This document shows, piece by piece, positions 33,702-41,344 of a DNA stretch of 41,344 nt. Under the pieces are notes generated by a model. The model saw only the letters and a program-made list of their open reading frames with translations, searched no databases and had not been told where the DNA came from. Positions within the stretch are counted from its first letter, which is position 1; each line of letters begins with the position of its first letter. Source of the DNA: a virus. Lineage: Duplodnaviria > Caudoviricetes. A program made the translations under genes and the position numbers. The stretch lies in IMG/VR virus record IMGVR_UViG_3300021408_000013, positions 1 to 41,344 of that record. One strand, given 5' to 3'.

Positions 33702-35548
33702 TCCAGTTTGACCTTTATACCCTCATCATCAAGGTATTTCTGCATCGCATCATGTGCAGAGCGGAAGGCTCTGGGCGATTCATTCTTTAGAGAATGAAGG
33801 CCCCTGACCAATAAGTTCTGAAACTTAGGATCAGTTAAAAACTTCTCTGCGATTTTTTTAGATGCTATACCTGCTCCCTTAGATGCTAAAACTGCTGCTA
33901 ATCCTTCCATATCACCTTTATAAAGGTAATATCCTGCTCCTCCAGCGCGAGCTAGATCTAATGCTTGATTTCCTTGAAGAAGGTTTGTTGCTTTCCATGC
34001 TTTATCGAAGTCTTTGACTTCGCGTCCTGTTTTGGAAATCAGTTCAAGGTTTCTGGTTTGAGTAGCGCCAAGAACATCTTCGAAGAGGTGTACGTTCTCG
34101 GCCTTATCAAAGAGTTTGTTTAGCTTTTTGTAGTCGATTCCATCTTGCGTAGCAGCTTTTTGGATCAGGTTGTGGACGTCCTCAGCCTGATAAGCTCTAC
34201 GGATTCCGGCGTTAGCCACTTCGAATTCCTCAGCAAGTTGACGGCCAGCTCTTCCTTCGCTGCGGAAAGTATCCTTGATACCGTTCTTTACCTGAGTAAT
34301 GAGGCGATCTTTTTGTGATCTCCCCATCCATGCGCCGGCTTTATTCAACTCCTTATAGAAGTTCATGAAGTTCTCGGCTGTCGGATTCTGAGTTGAAGCA
34401 ACCACGGCATCATAAAGACGATTTAGGAATGGTTCAGCCTCAGGATTTCTCCCAAGATTTCGACGTAATTCCCGTACAACTCCAGTTGCGGAGTCGATAA
34501 ATGGCGTTGAATCTCGTATGACAAGATTCGATCCATTACGAGCGACTTGACCATAGACATCCGAAGCCAATTGGTGTACATGCGCTGTTCCTTGTTCGAT
34601 TCCAGGAATGCTTGATGTCAGAATATCTGACACCATTTGATCAGAATGCTCGGCGAAGTTTTCAAAGGCTTGTTCGGTTTTCGCACCTTTCGAAGCTTTT
34701 ACCCCAGCTTTCTTTCCTTTCGAAGCGTGATTAATCGCCAGAGTAATATCTTCCTCTGTGTAACCAAGTCTTCGGAGATTGTTAATCTTGTCAGCTACTT
34801 CTTTTTTAGCCGAACCTTGTAAGACTTTCTTACCAGCTTGACCTGGTGATAGAAGTAAACCTGCGATCTCGGCTGCGGCTTGAGTTAGAGGGCCTGCGCC
34901 AAGTTCTTCGGCTGTTTGGCCTAATCCAGCCCCTACAACAGCCGGTAATGGATTCACCTGACCGAATGCCAGGCCTGAGCCGTAAAGCTTACCTGTGCGT
35001 CCTGCGTATCGTCCAGCCATTGACTCTGCTTCTCCTGGTCCACCAATCGCTTCATTTACGTCCCGAAGATTCTGCGAGGTAGGAAGTCTCATAGAGGTAG
35101 GAAGAAAGTCATCATCATCGCTCAGCGAATAGATGTCTGAGAAGGAGGGTTTATACCCTGGCTGCTCCATCCGTTGAAGAGTTTCGAAGTCTCTACTGTT
35201 CTTGCCTTTTACGGCTTCGCTTTCTTTGTTGAGTCCGGCGAGTTCTGCAAGATCGCCCCAGGTTCCACCGAGTCCGATAAGAAACTCTTTTGTCCCCTGC
35301 TTGCCAACATCCTTTGCAACTTCCCAGTTCGTAAGTTCTTTTTTCGGTTTATTCTTCTCTTTTTTAACCGCTGCGATCTCATCTTCTCTGGGTCTAAGTT
35401 CTGCGAAGACATCTAAATCCTCCCCATCTGCTTCATCCGCTGGATTGTCATCTACTGCAATACCCGTTGGACGAACAGATGCGAAGATGTCATAGTCTGT
35501 GTCTTCTTCCTCTTCCTGTGGTGGCGCTTGTTGTCCTATTGGATTCAT
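33698..35548 (-). CDS. DNA ejection / internal virion protein (large)
   Basis: 616 aa, helical, with Ala/Gly hydrophobic stretches; third gene of the post-nozzle trio. Confidence 0.7.
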   Translation of the reverse strand: MNPIGQQAPPQEEEEDTDYDIFASVRPTGIAVDDNPADEADGEDLDVFAELRPREDEIAAVKKEKNKPKKELTNWEVAKDVGKQGTKEFLIGLGGTWGDLAELAGLNKESEAVKGKNSRDFETLQRMEQPGYKPSFSDIYSLSDDDDFLPTSMRLPTSQNLRDVNEAIGGPGEAESMAGRYAGRTGKLYGSGLAFGQVNPLPAVVGAGLGQTAEELGAGPLTQAAAEIAGLLLSPGQAGKKVLQGSAKKEVADKINNLRRLGYTEEDITLAINHASKGKKAGVKASKGAKTEQAFENFAEHSDQMVSDILTSSIPGIEQGTAHVHQLASDVYGQVARNGSNLVIRDSTPFIDSATGVVRELRRNLGRNPEAEPFLNRLYDAVVASTQNPTAENFMNFYKELNKAGAWMGRSQKDRLITQVKNGIKDTFRSEGRAGRQLAEEFEVANAGIRRAYQAEDVHNLIQKAATQDGIDYKKLNKLFDKAENVHLFEDVLGATQTRNLELISKTGREVKDFDKAWKATNLLQGNQALDLARAGGAGYYLYKGDMEGLAAVLASKGAGIASKKIAEKFLTDPKFQNLLVRGLHSLKNESPRAFRSAHDAMQKYLDDEGIKVKLD

Positions 35549-36801
35549 GATAGTGACGCTCCGTAAGGTGGTTTAGAATATTTTTCCACTTCATTAGCTG
35601 GCACGTGAAGAGGACGCCTCTTCTTGTCATACATCAATACTTTCCCAGGAGGGACATTCTGAATCGCCTGGAAATCTATCGCTGTCTGTTTGAGTTCTTT
35701 TGAAATTTTCTCAGATTGTAGAGCAAACTCTTCATTAACTTTCCGTTGAATTCCTTCAGGGATTTGACCGCCATTTTCCTCTAACATCTTCTTAGTGATG
35801 TCGGAATAGAGCTTGTCATAGCGAATTGCGAGCTTCTCTTTCTTGATAATCTGTCTGTTTGCTTCCTTGCTGAATCTTTCACTGATTGTGGCATCACGGA
35901 AGAATCCGAATTCCATCTGTGAGATTTGGGAGCCGATAACGCCCTTGATGTTAGAATTCTTAACCATCTCTTTTGCGTAGCTAGAAAACTCTCGGAATCC
36001 TTCGGAAGTGAACTGAAGTAAGCCAGCTTTCTGCATGGCTTGATCCCAAGCTTGTCCAGTCACACCTTCTTCATTCAAAACGTCGGCTGCTTCAACCGTT
36101 TGCTGTCTTGCAACTAAACTCGGATACTTAGAGGCTTGCTCATCCACAAAAGCCACATCATTCTCAGCTTGTTTCTTCGTCAGAACACTAGACCTTTCGT
36201 TGGCAATCTTCGCTTCCTCACCGTAAGGCTTAAGAACACTATCAGTATTTTCCTTAGAAACTCCTGAATCCCTGAGCATCTTTCCTTTCTTAGGAAGCGA
36301 AGCTCCTTCAAATTCTGGAAGGCTTTCTACGTGTTGAATCCTGCGAAGCTGATCATCGTTGATAGGTTGACTTGCTTGCGTCCCTTTCTCTGGGCGAGTG
36401 ACTTGCTCAGCCATCTTCGGATCGTCTTCATAAGCAGCGAGAGATCCAGGAGTTAAATTCCTTCGTCTCTCTAGGTCAGCGACCTTTGCTTTATTTGAAG
36501 CTTCTTCCTTAGCTTTCTTCTGGAGTTCAGTATTATGCTTCTGAAATTCCATAAGCTGCTTTACGGTGTTCACTCTCGTGGTCGGAGAAATTCCAGGTTT
36601 AGTTTGAATTTCCTGAATCGTTTTCTCTAAGTTCTGTCCATCCCTTTGATGCTGGCTATAGATTTCTTTAAGAGCGTCAGTCTCGTCAGCTTCAATCTGG
36701 TTTTCTCTATTGCGTTTGCTAAAACCTGCAAGAGTTTTTTCCAAGTTTGTCTGCTCTGTTCTTGGGCTAGGAGATAAATCTATTACTTGTGCGCCTGGCA
36801 T
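35545..36801 (-). CDS. DNA ejection / internal virion protein (middle)
   Basis: 418 aa, charged and helical; GGAGG RBS; position. Confidence 0.7.
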   Translation of the reverse strand: MPGAQVIDLSPSPRTEQTNLEKTLAGFSKRNRENQIEADETDALKEIYSQHQRDGQNLEKTIQEIQTKPGISPTTRVNTVKQLMEFQKHNTELQKKAKEEASNKAKVADLERRRNLTPGSLAAYEDDPKMAEQVTRPEKGTQASQPINDDQLRRIQHVESLPEFEGASLPKKGKMLRDSGVSKENTDSVLKPYGEEAKIANERSSVLTKKQAENDVAFVDEQASKYPSLVARQQTVEAADVLNEEGVTGQAWDQAMQKAGLLQFTSEGFREFSSYAKEMVKNSNIKGVIGSQISQMEFGFFRDATISERFSKEANRQIIKKEKLAIRYDKLYSDITKKMLEENGGQIPEGIQRKVNEEFALQSEKISKELKQTAIDFQAIQNVPPGKVLMYDKKRRPLHVPANEVEKYSKPPYGASLS

Positions 36802-36810
36802 ATTTCCTCC

Positions 36811-37500
36811 TTATACCACCGCAGGAGCGGCGGCTGCGGTTGCAGGTTTGTTACCTTTCTTCAGATAGTCAGCAAACCATTCGCCGGCTGCTGGGCCTAC
36901 AGTTCCTAAGATCTGATCAATAGCACTGGGAGCCTGAGCACCTGGTTTCTCATAAGCAAAAGTCTGTGTTCCAAGGACACTATTGATTGCATTCTGCTTG
37001 TTCTGGTTAGCTTGCTGCTGTCCCTGAAAAACGTTCTGCGATCTCTGAGCATCTAAATTCTCTTGAACATCTCTACCTGCACGAGATAAAGATTCTCCAG
37101 CATAAGAGCTATTTTGCAGGTTATTGCTTCTAAACTGCCCTGTAATTCCAGGGATGATATTCTCTTGGAAGTTCCGGTTTGCAGCTCTTCCAATTGTTTT
37201 ATCAAAAACGTCGTTGTATCCTTGCGCGTCGAAGTTGTACATGTCCTTCATAGGACCTTCACCCCTGATCGAGCTGATATAGTCGTTATAGAGAGCCTGT
37301 TGTTGAGGATCTAAAGTGCTTCTCTTTTTAGGCTTTTTCTTTTTCTTTCCACCAAAAAGCCCAGAGATTCCCCCGATGATTCCACCAACTGCTCCGCCGA
37401 TTGCTGTTCCTACTCCAGGGATAATCGAGCCGATACTTGCTCCGGAAACTGCTCCGGAAACTGCACCTCCTGCTCCTCCACCCCAATCTGCTTTAGGCAT
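36811..37500 (-). CDS. DNA ejection protein (P22 gp7-like)
   Basis: N-terminal glycine-zipper hydrophobic segment GAVSGASIGSIIPGVGTAIGG, then a Lys run and Q/N-rich helix; GGAGGA RBS. Confidence 0.75.
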   Translation of the reverse strand: MPKADWGGGAGGAVSGAVSGASIGSIIPGVGTAIGGAVGGIIGGISGLFGGKKKKKPKKRSTLDPQQQALYNDYISSIRGEGPMKDMYNFDAQGYNDVFDKTIGRAANRNFQENIIPGITGQFRSNNLQNSSYAGESLSRAGRDVQENLDAQRSQNVFQGQQQANQNKQNAINSVLGTQTFAYEKPGAQAPSAIDQILGTVGPAAGEWFADYLKKGNKPATAAAAPAVV

Positions 37501-37512
37501 ATATTCCTCCAA

Positions 37513-37529
37513 TGTAAAGCGGTTTTACA
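37513..37529. promoter_or_regulatory. TGTAAA-N5-TTTACA palindrome
   Basis: AATGTAAA-GCGGT-TTTACATT just upstream of the ejection gene RBS. Confidence 0.55.
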
Positions 37530-37823
37530 TTATGTAATTAGTGTCCATGTCACCGCATTTGCGGTGGTTCGGCTAGTCATCATCCAGGCAGTATTCGTGT
37601 CTGTTCGAACAAAGACGTCGCATATTTCAAAGTTCTTGTTGAAGTCAGAGTTCGCCGGTGGATTCATGTGTGGTCTTTGGTTTCCATCCGTGGCATACTT
37701 TGAAATCTTCGTATTCACTGCCTGAGCCGTGTCATTGTAAGCTTGCGAAAGCTGACGTGTAAGCTCTGGATTTTCATTCCTAAGAGCTTGACCCCAGTTG
37801 TAATTCGTGATGAGCGTTGGCAT
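37530..37823 (-). CDS. Small tail protein
   Basis: TAATG coupling after the nozzle gene. Confidence 0.6.
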   Translation of the reverse strand: MPTLITNYNWGQALRNENPELTRQLSQAYNDTAQAVNTKISKYATDGNQRPHMNPPANSDFNKNFEICDVFVRTDTNTAWMMTSRTTANAVTWTLIT

Positions 37824-40267
37824 TAGATTAATCTCCCTACTGGCTGGAATCCTGGCATGGTAGCCTGGATATTTATCTGTGCCCCAGACTGCCGATTTCT
37901 AAGCCGGAACTGAATGAATTTGCCAACCTGGTTAATAAAGACCTTGTACCACTTCTTGTTGCCGTCCTCGAAGACCATGTTCGTCATGTTCCCTTGATAA
38001 GGATCTTGAGAGAGGTTATTGAGCTGAGTCTTATGTCCAACATCGTTAGTGATGATGTCGATGCTCATCTTGGCATTTTCTTGCACCCCGACATACCCTC
38101 CTGAGGTATAAGCTCCGAAACCAGTCGAGTCGATGCCGTTGAGTGAAAAAGACAAAGTGTCGATGACTGTGATAAATGCAAGAGTGCCATTCAATTGAGT
38201 CATTCCTCCAATGCCAAAAAAGGTTACTTGATCGCCAGTGTGAAGATCGTGCGCTATCTCAGTAGAAACCACGCATGGATTTGATTGAGTGATGTCGTCA
38301 ATAACGAGATTTCTTTGAAGGTCCGTGCCTGTAGAATCGACATACATGTAAAGCCAGCCGCATCGAACCTTTCTGTCTTGGTTAATGAAAGGATTGAATT
38401 TCTTGAAGAGAGCAGAGAAAGGAATAACCCTTTGCGCTCTTCCGCCTGAAACATAAGGAGTGAAGCTAGTCGCTTGAACTACGGCATCCGATACATCTAA
38501 TCTAAAAGTATTTCGATTAACTATTGAAACTATCGGAAACTGCTGGTTATTAATTTCTTGCATTCCCACGATTCCAGTTAAGAAAATGAAATCAGCTCCT
38601 TTTTCTGCATCATCAAGATTCAGGCTGTAGTTGTTGTAGTCGGTTGTCACTTCGATTGTCACAGAGTCAATCACTGTAATGTCATAAATTCTGACAGGAT
38701 TGTCTTCTGATTCTGTTACCGATAGTCTCCAAATCTCTCCATTCTGACCGCCTCCGATACTGAATGGCGCGCCGGAATTATAGGAGAAAGAGTTCCAATT
38801 TCCGTAAGCAGCCGCAAAAGAAGCCCAGTTAGGATAGATTAGCAAGTCATTCCATGTAATAGTAAATGCAGTAATATATGTTCCCATACATGATAATGGG
38901 AGCCTATAGATTGAATAATTGTCTTCGTCATAGTTGGTCGTTAATATTCTCTTTGATGTGTCTTGTCCGGCAGGAGGATAGATAAGATAATGATCCCTGT
39001 CGGCATCCACTGTCCCAGCAAAGCAAAGAGTAAAGTTAGCTCCATCGACTTCATCAAATGAGAAGTCTGGGATTGCTTCATCCTGTCTTTCTACACGATA
39101 GCCATCTGAGATAATCAAGCCACGTCGAGAAGCTGCGGATGTTCGGTTCAGGTAAGTGATAACGCTAAAAGTCGCATCGCAACCACGAGACTCGTCGATC
39201 TTGTCTAAGACGAAAGGAGTCGTGTCATTGCCTGTATATTTGAGAACCCAAGTACTTCCTTCAGTAAAGATGATTAAATCATCTCGGTTAAACGAAGCTC
39301 CGTTAATCCATGTTCCGTCAGGGATATCAATTAACCCAGCGCCAGTCGCTGAAGTTCTAAAGTCATCTGAACTAGCTCCGGTTCCTGAAATTCGGATTCT
39401 CTGAGGATAGATGATTCCATTTTCAGTCGTCCTTAAAAGAATCAAACGATCCTTCATCTCTGCCATCCAAGAGCAAGTAAGAGTCGTCACTGCTGCTGGG
39501 GCTGGAACGGCCACTGTCGGAGTGGTTAACATATTGTAGACGTAAGCGGCTACGGTCGTTCCATCATATTGCTGGATAACGTCCTTATTATTGCAGAACA
39601 ATAATCTAGGCGTATTGGTAGCGCTGGCATAATTTACCCAAGTAAAGAACTGGAATTTGTTGCCTGTATAAGGAGTTGTTGTTATGTCTTGTAATATATT
39701 TAATGTAGAATTGTATCTATTAATATAATTAGTACTAGCAACTATTAACTCTTTAATGTTGGTGTTTGTTATAAAGTTAGCTACCATCATTACTGGATCA
39801 TCATTTCCAAAACTATAATGAACCACGACGGTGGAAGCGATAGCAGGAGGAACTGTAAAAGTAACTGAAATTGCTCCAGTCGCATAGTTTACTGTTCCTG
39901 TTCCATCGCCAGTAAAAGCGCCGGCGCCATCATCTATAACTGTTTGCTGAGGATTTGATCCTAGTAAGATCACACTTCCTGGCAAAAGGATGGTGGCAGC
40001 CGCGACCGTAAAGGTTGCATTGATTCCATTAATAGCACCCACGACCGCAAAGCTTGGAGTGCCAGAGACAATCCTTGATTCTCGGTAAGGAGCACCTCCT
40101 CTTTCCCCTGTAGCGAAATAATTGTATCCTTCTCTCTTAGACATGGTTCCGCGATAGACGAAGCCGTCAAACAATTGCTCTTGAGCATCGTCCGGAATGA
40201 GCCAAGGTTGGAGCCTTGTATCGACACCGGTCGCGTAGTTAGCTATGAGATAAGGAGCATAAGTCAT
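37823..40267 (-). CDS. Tail nozzle / tubular protein B-like, with two inserted E1-FCCH-like domains
   Basis: 814 aa, beta-rich; position after the adaptor; GKFIQFRL C-terminus. Confidence 0.78.
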   Translation of the reverse strand: MTYAPYLIANYATGVDTRLQPWLIPDDAQEQLFDGFVYRGTMSKREGYNYFATGERGGAPYRESRIVSGTPSFAVVGAINGINATFTVAAATILLPGSVILLGSNPQQTVIDDGAGAFTGDGTGTVNYATGAISVTFTVPPAIASTVVVHYSFGNDDPVMMVANFITNTNIKELIVASTNYINRYNSTLNILQDITTTPYTGNKFQFFTWVNYASATNTPRLLFCNNKDVIQQYDGTTVAAYVYNMLTTPTVAVPAPAAVTTLTCSWMAEMKDRLILLRTTENGIIYPQRIRISGTGASSDDFRTSATGAGLIDIPDGTWINGASFNRDDLIIFTEGSTWVLKYTGNDTTPFVLDKIDESRGCDATFSVITYLNRTSAASRRGLIISDGYRVERQDEAIPDFSFDEVDGANFTLCFAGTVDADRDHYLIYPPAGQDTSKRILTTNYDEDNYSIYRLPLSCMGTYITAFTITWNDLLIYPNWASFAAAYGNWNSFSYNSGAPFSIGGGQNGEIWRLSVTESEDNPVRIYDITVIDSVTIEVTTDYNNYSLNLDDAEKGADFIFLTGIVGMQEINNQQFPIVSIVNRNTFRLDVSDAVVQATSFTPYVSGGRAQRVIPFSALFKKFNPFINQDRKVRCGWLYMYVDSTGTDLQRNLVIDDITQSNPCVVSTEIAHDLHTGDQVTFFGIGGMTQLNGTLAFITVIDTLSFSLNGIDSTGFGAYTSGGYVGVQENAKMSIDIITNDVGHKTQLNNLSQDPYQGNMTNMVFEDGNKKWYKVFINQVGKFIQFRLRNRQSGAQINIQATMPGFQPVGRLI

Positions 40268-40866
40268 TAGATTGACTCCACAATGATGTAATAGCCCACG
40301 GTTCTTGCACTGCTATTTCCATTCACAACTCGAATATTCGAGCCGCTGATAGAAATGTTTGGTTTACTTGAGTTATCGCTATCTTTAATAAGAGCAGCAT
40401 CAACAAAAGTAGTTCCAGATTTATAGAACATGTAATATCGGTAGAAGTTTCCTGCTGGAGATATATAATTAACAAAGATCGTTCCGAAACTATTATTAGG
40501 AATTGTGTAGATCGTTCCTGAAGTAGCATTCCCTGCTAATGCAACCGACCCTGTCACTTTAGTAGGGCCAGCCACTAAAGGAGTAAGTTGATAATCAGTT
40601 GCACCATTGTAAAATCTAAGCTGCGTCTGCCCAGCGCCATCAAGCCATGAATAAAGAATAGAATTCGCACCGGTAGGCAAACCGCCTGGCATCGCTCTAG
40701 CGATCATTGTGCACTGTCTATGAAAGCCATCTGTAGACTGTGCTGTATCGTTAAACACGTGATCGGCGTTGATGATTGTCTTCAGCCGTGCAAAGTTCGT
40801 GTTGTTTTGTGGAGGAAACAACCCTGGCGATTGTCCGGCATTTGGAATATTTGGATCAAAAGTCAT
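40267..40866 (-). CDS. Tail-associated structural protein
   Basis: Start MTFDPNIP with GGAG RBS; NNTNF...DH...GFH motif. Confidence 0.65.
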   Translation of the reverse strand: MTFDPNIPNAGQSPGLFPPQNNTNFARLKTIINADHVFNDTAQSTDGFHRQCTMIARAMPGGLPTGANSILYSWLDGAGQTQLRFYNGATDYQLTPLVAGPTKVTGSVALAGNATSGTIYTIPNNSFGTIFVNYISPAGNFYRYYMFYKSGTTFVDAALIKDSDNSSKPNISISGSNIRVVNGNSSARTVGYYIIVESI

Positions 40867-40868
40867 GG

Positions 40869-41208
40869 TTAAAACTCCGGTGAAGGGCGTTGATTCTGAT
40901 ATTGCGAAACGGTTCTTGAATAAACCAAAGCACGATATCGTTGAAATGCTGGATAGATTTCCCTCCACTTATCCATCTCGCCGTAATCCGAAAAGATGTC
41001 TAAGGCAGCTCCGTAGCAGATGTAGCGATAAAGATAGTCTTGATTCAGAACGCCGTTGCTTATCTGAACTTCAACCTGATAGGCAGCGATCTTGATCAAA
41101 TAATCTTTATCCGGAGGTCCTCTAAAAGTCAGCTCGTTATTGTAATAGAGCACGTAAGTCGGACGCTGTGGCTGATAAGTCTGCGTTTCAGGCCATATCG
41201 CATAGAAT
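40869..41208 (-). CDS. 3' part of the putative head-tail adaptor (begins at 320)
   Basis: In frame across the circular junction; RPTYVLYYNNELTFRGPPD...YICYGAA. Confidence 0.75.
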
Positions 41209-41334
41209 TCCTGAGGGTTTTGATACCAAAACACAGGGAATCCATCGGCATAGCATGGCGGCTCAAGAGTCGAAGCTCCTATATTCCCATTGATCATCGG
41301 AATCGTCTGTAAATCCACAGGTAATGGATCAGGC
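41209..41334. repeat. Terminal direct repeat, copy 2
   Basis: Identical to 1-126. Confidence 0.95.
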
Positions 41335-41344
41335 AAAACAAGAG

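Noticed and set aside
40869-41336. Stand-alone 155 aa gene starting at TTG
   Set aside because: The TTG comes from the variant terminal bases; the gene really starts at 320 across the junction.

Overview
The window looks like a complete, circularly permuted ~41.2 kb genome of a short-tailed (podovirus-like) dsDNA phage. Bases 1-126 are repeated at 41209-41334, giving a unit length of about 41,208 bp, and one gene runs across the join. The minus strand carries the virion module: TerL, P22-like portal, scaffold, N4-gp56-family major capsid protein (MCP), decoration protein, adaptor, nozzle, three ejection proteins, fibres and a glycosyltransferase. A separate replication/recombination module encodes a Rep initiator with four 23-bp-spaced iterons, a DnaC-like ATPase, RusA, a PD-(D/E)XK nuclease, a RecT-like protein, a serine recombinase and a ParB-like protein. 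Many small accessory ORFs fill the rest. The most unusual feature is an accessory protein (13462-14406) built from scrambled, largely synonymously recoded peptide pieces of the MCP, a possible capsid-mimic or decoy. Other points of interest: two promoter-plus-terminator antisense units in the replication operon, a recurrent TGTAAA-N5-TTTACA operator-like palindrome, a tiny convergent membrane peptide at the SieA-like position, several unannotated Lys/Ala-rich mini-proteins, and no recognisable endolysin. Small-protein signatures tentatively suggest an environmental Chlamydiae host. All product calls come from motif recognition by eye; no database searches were run.
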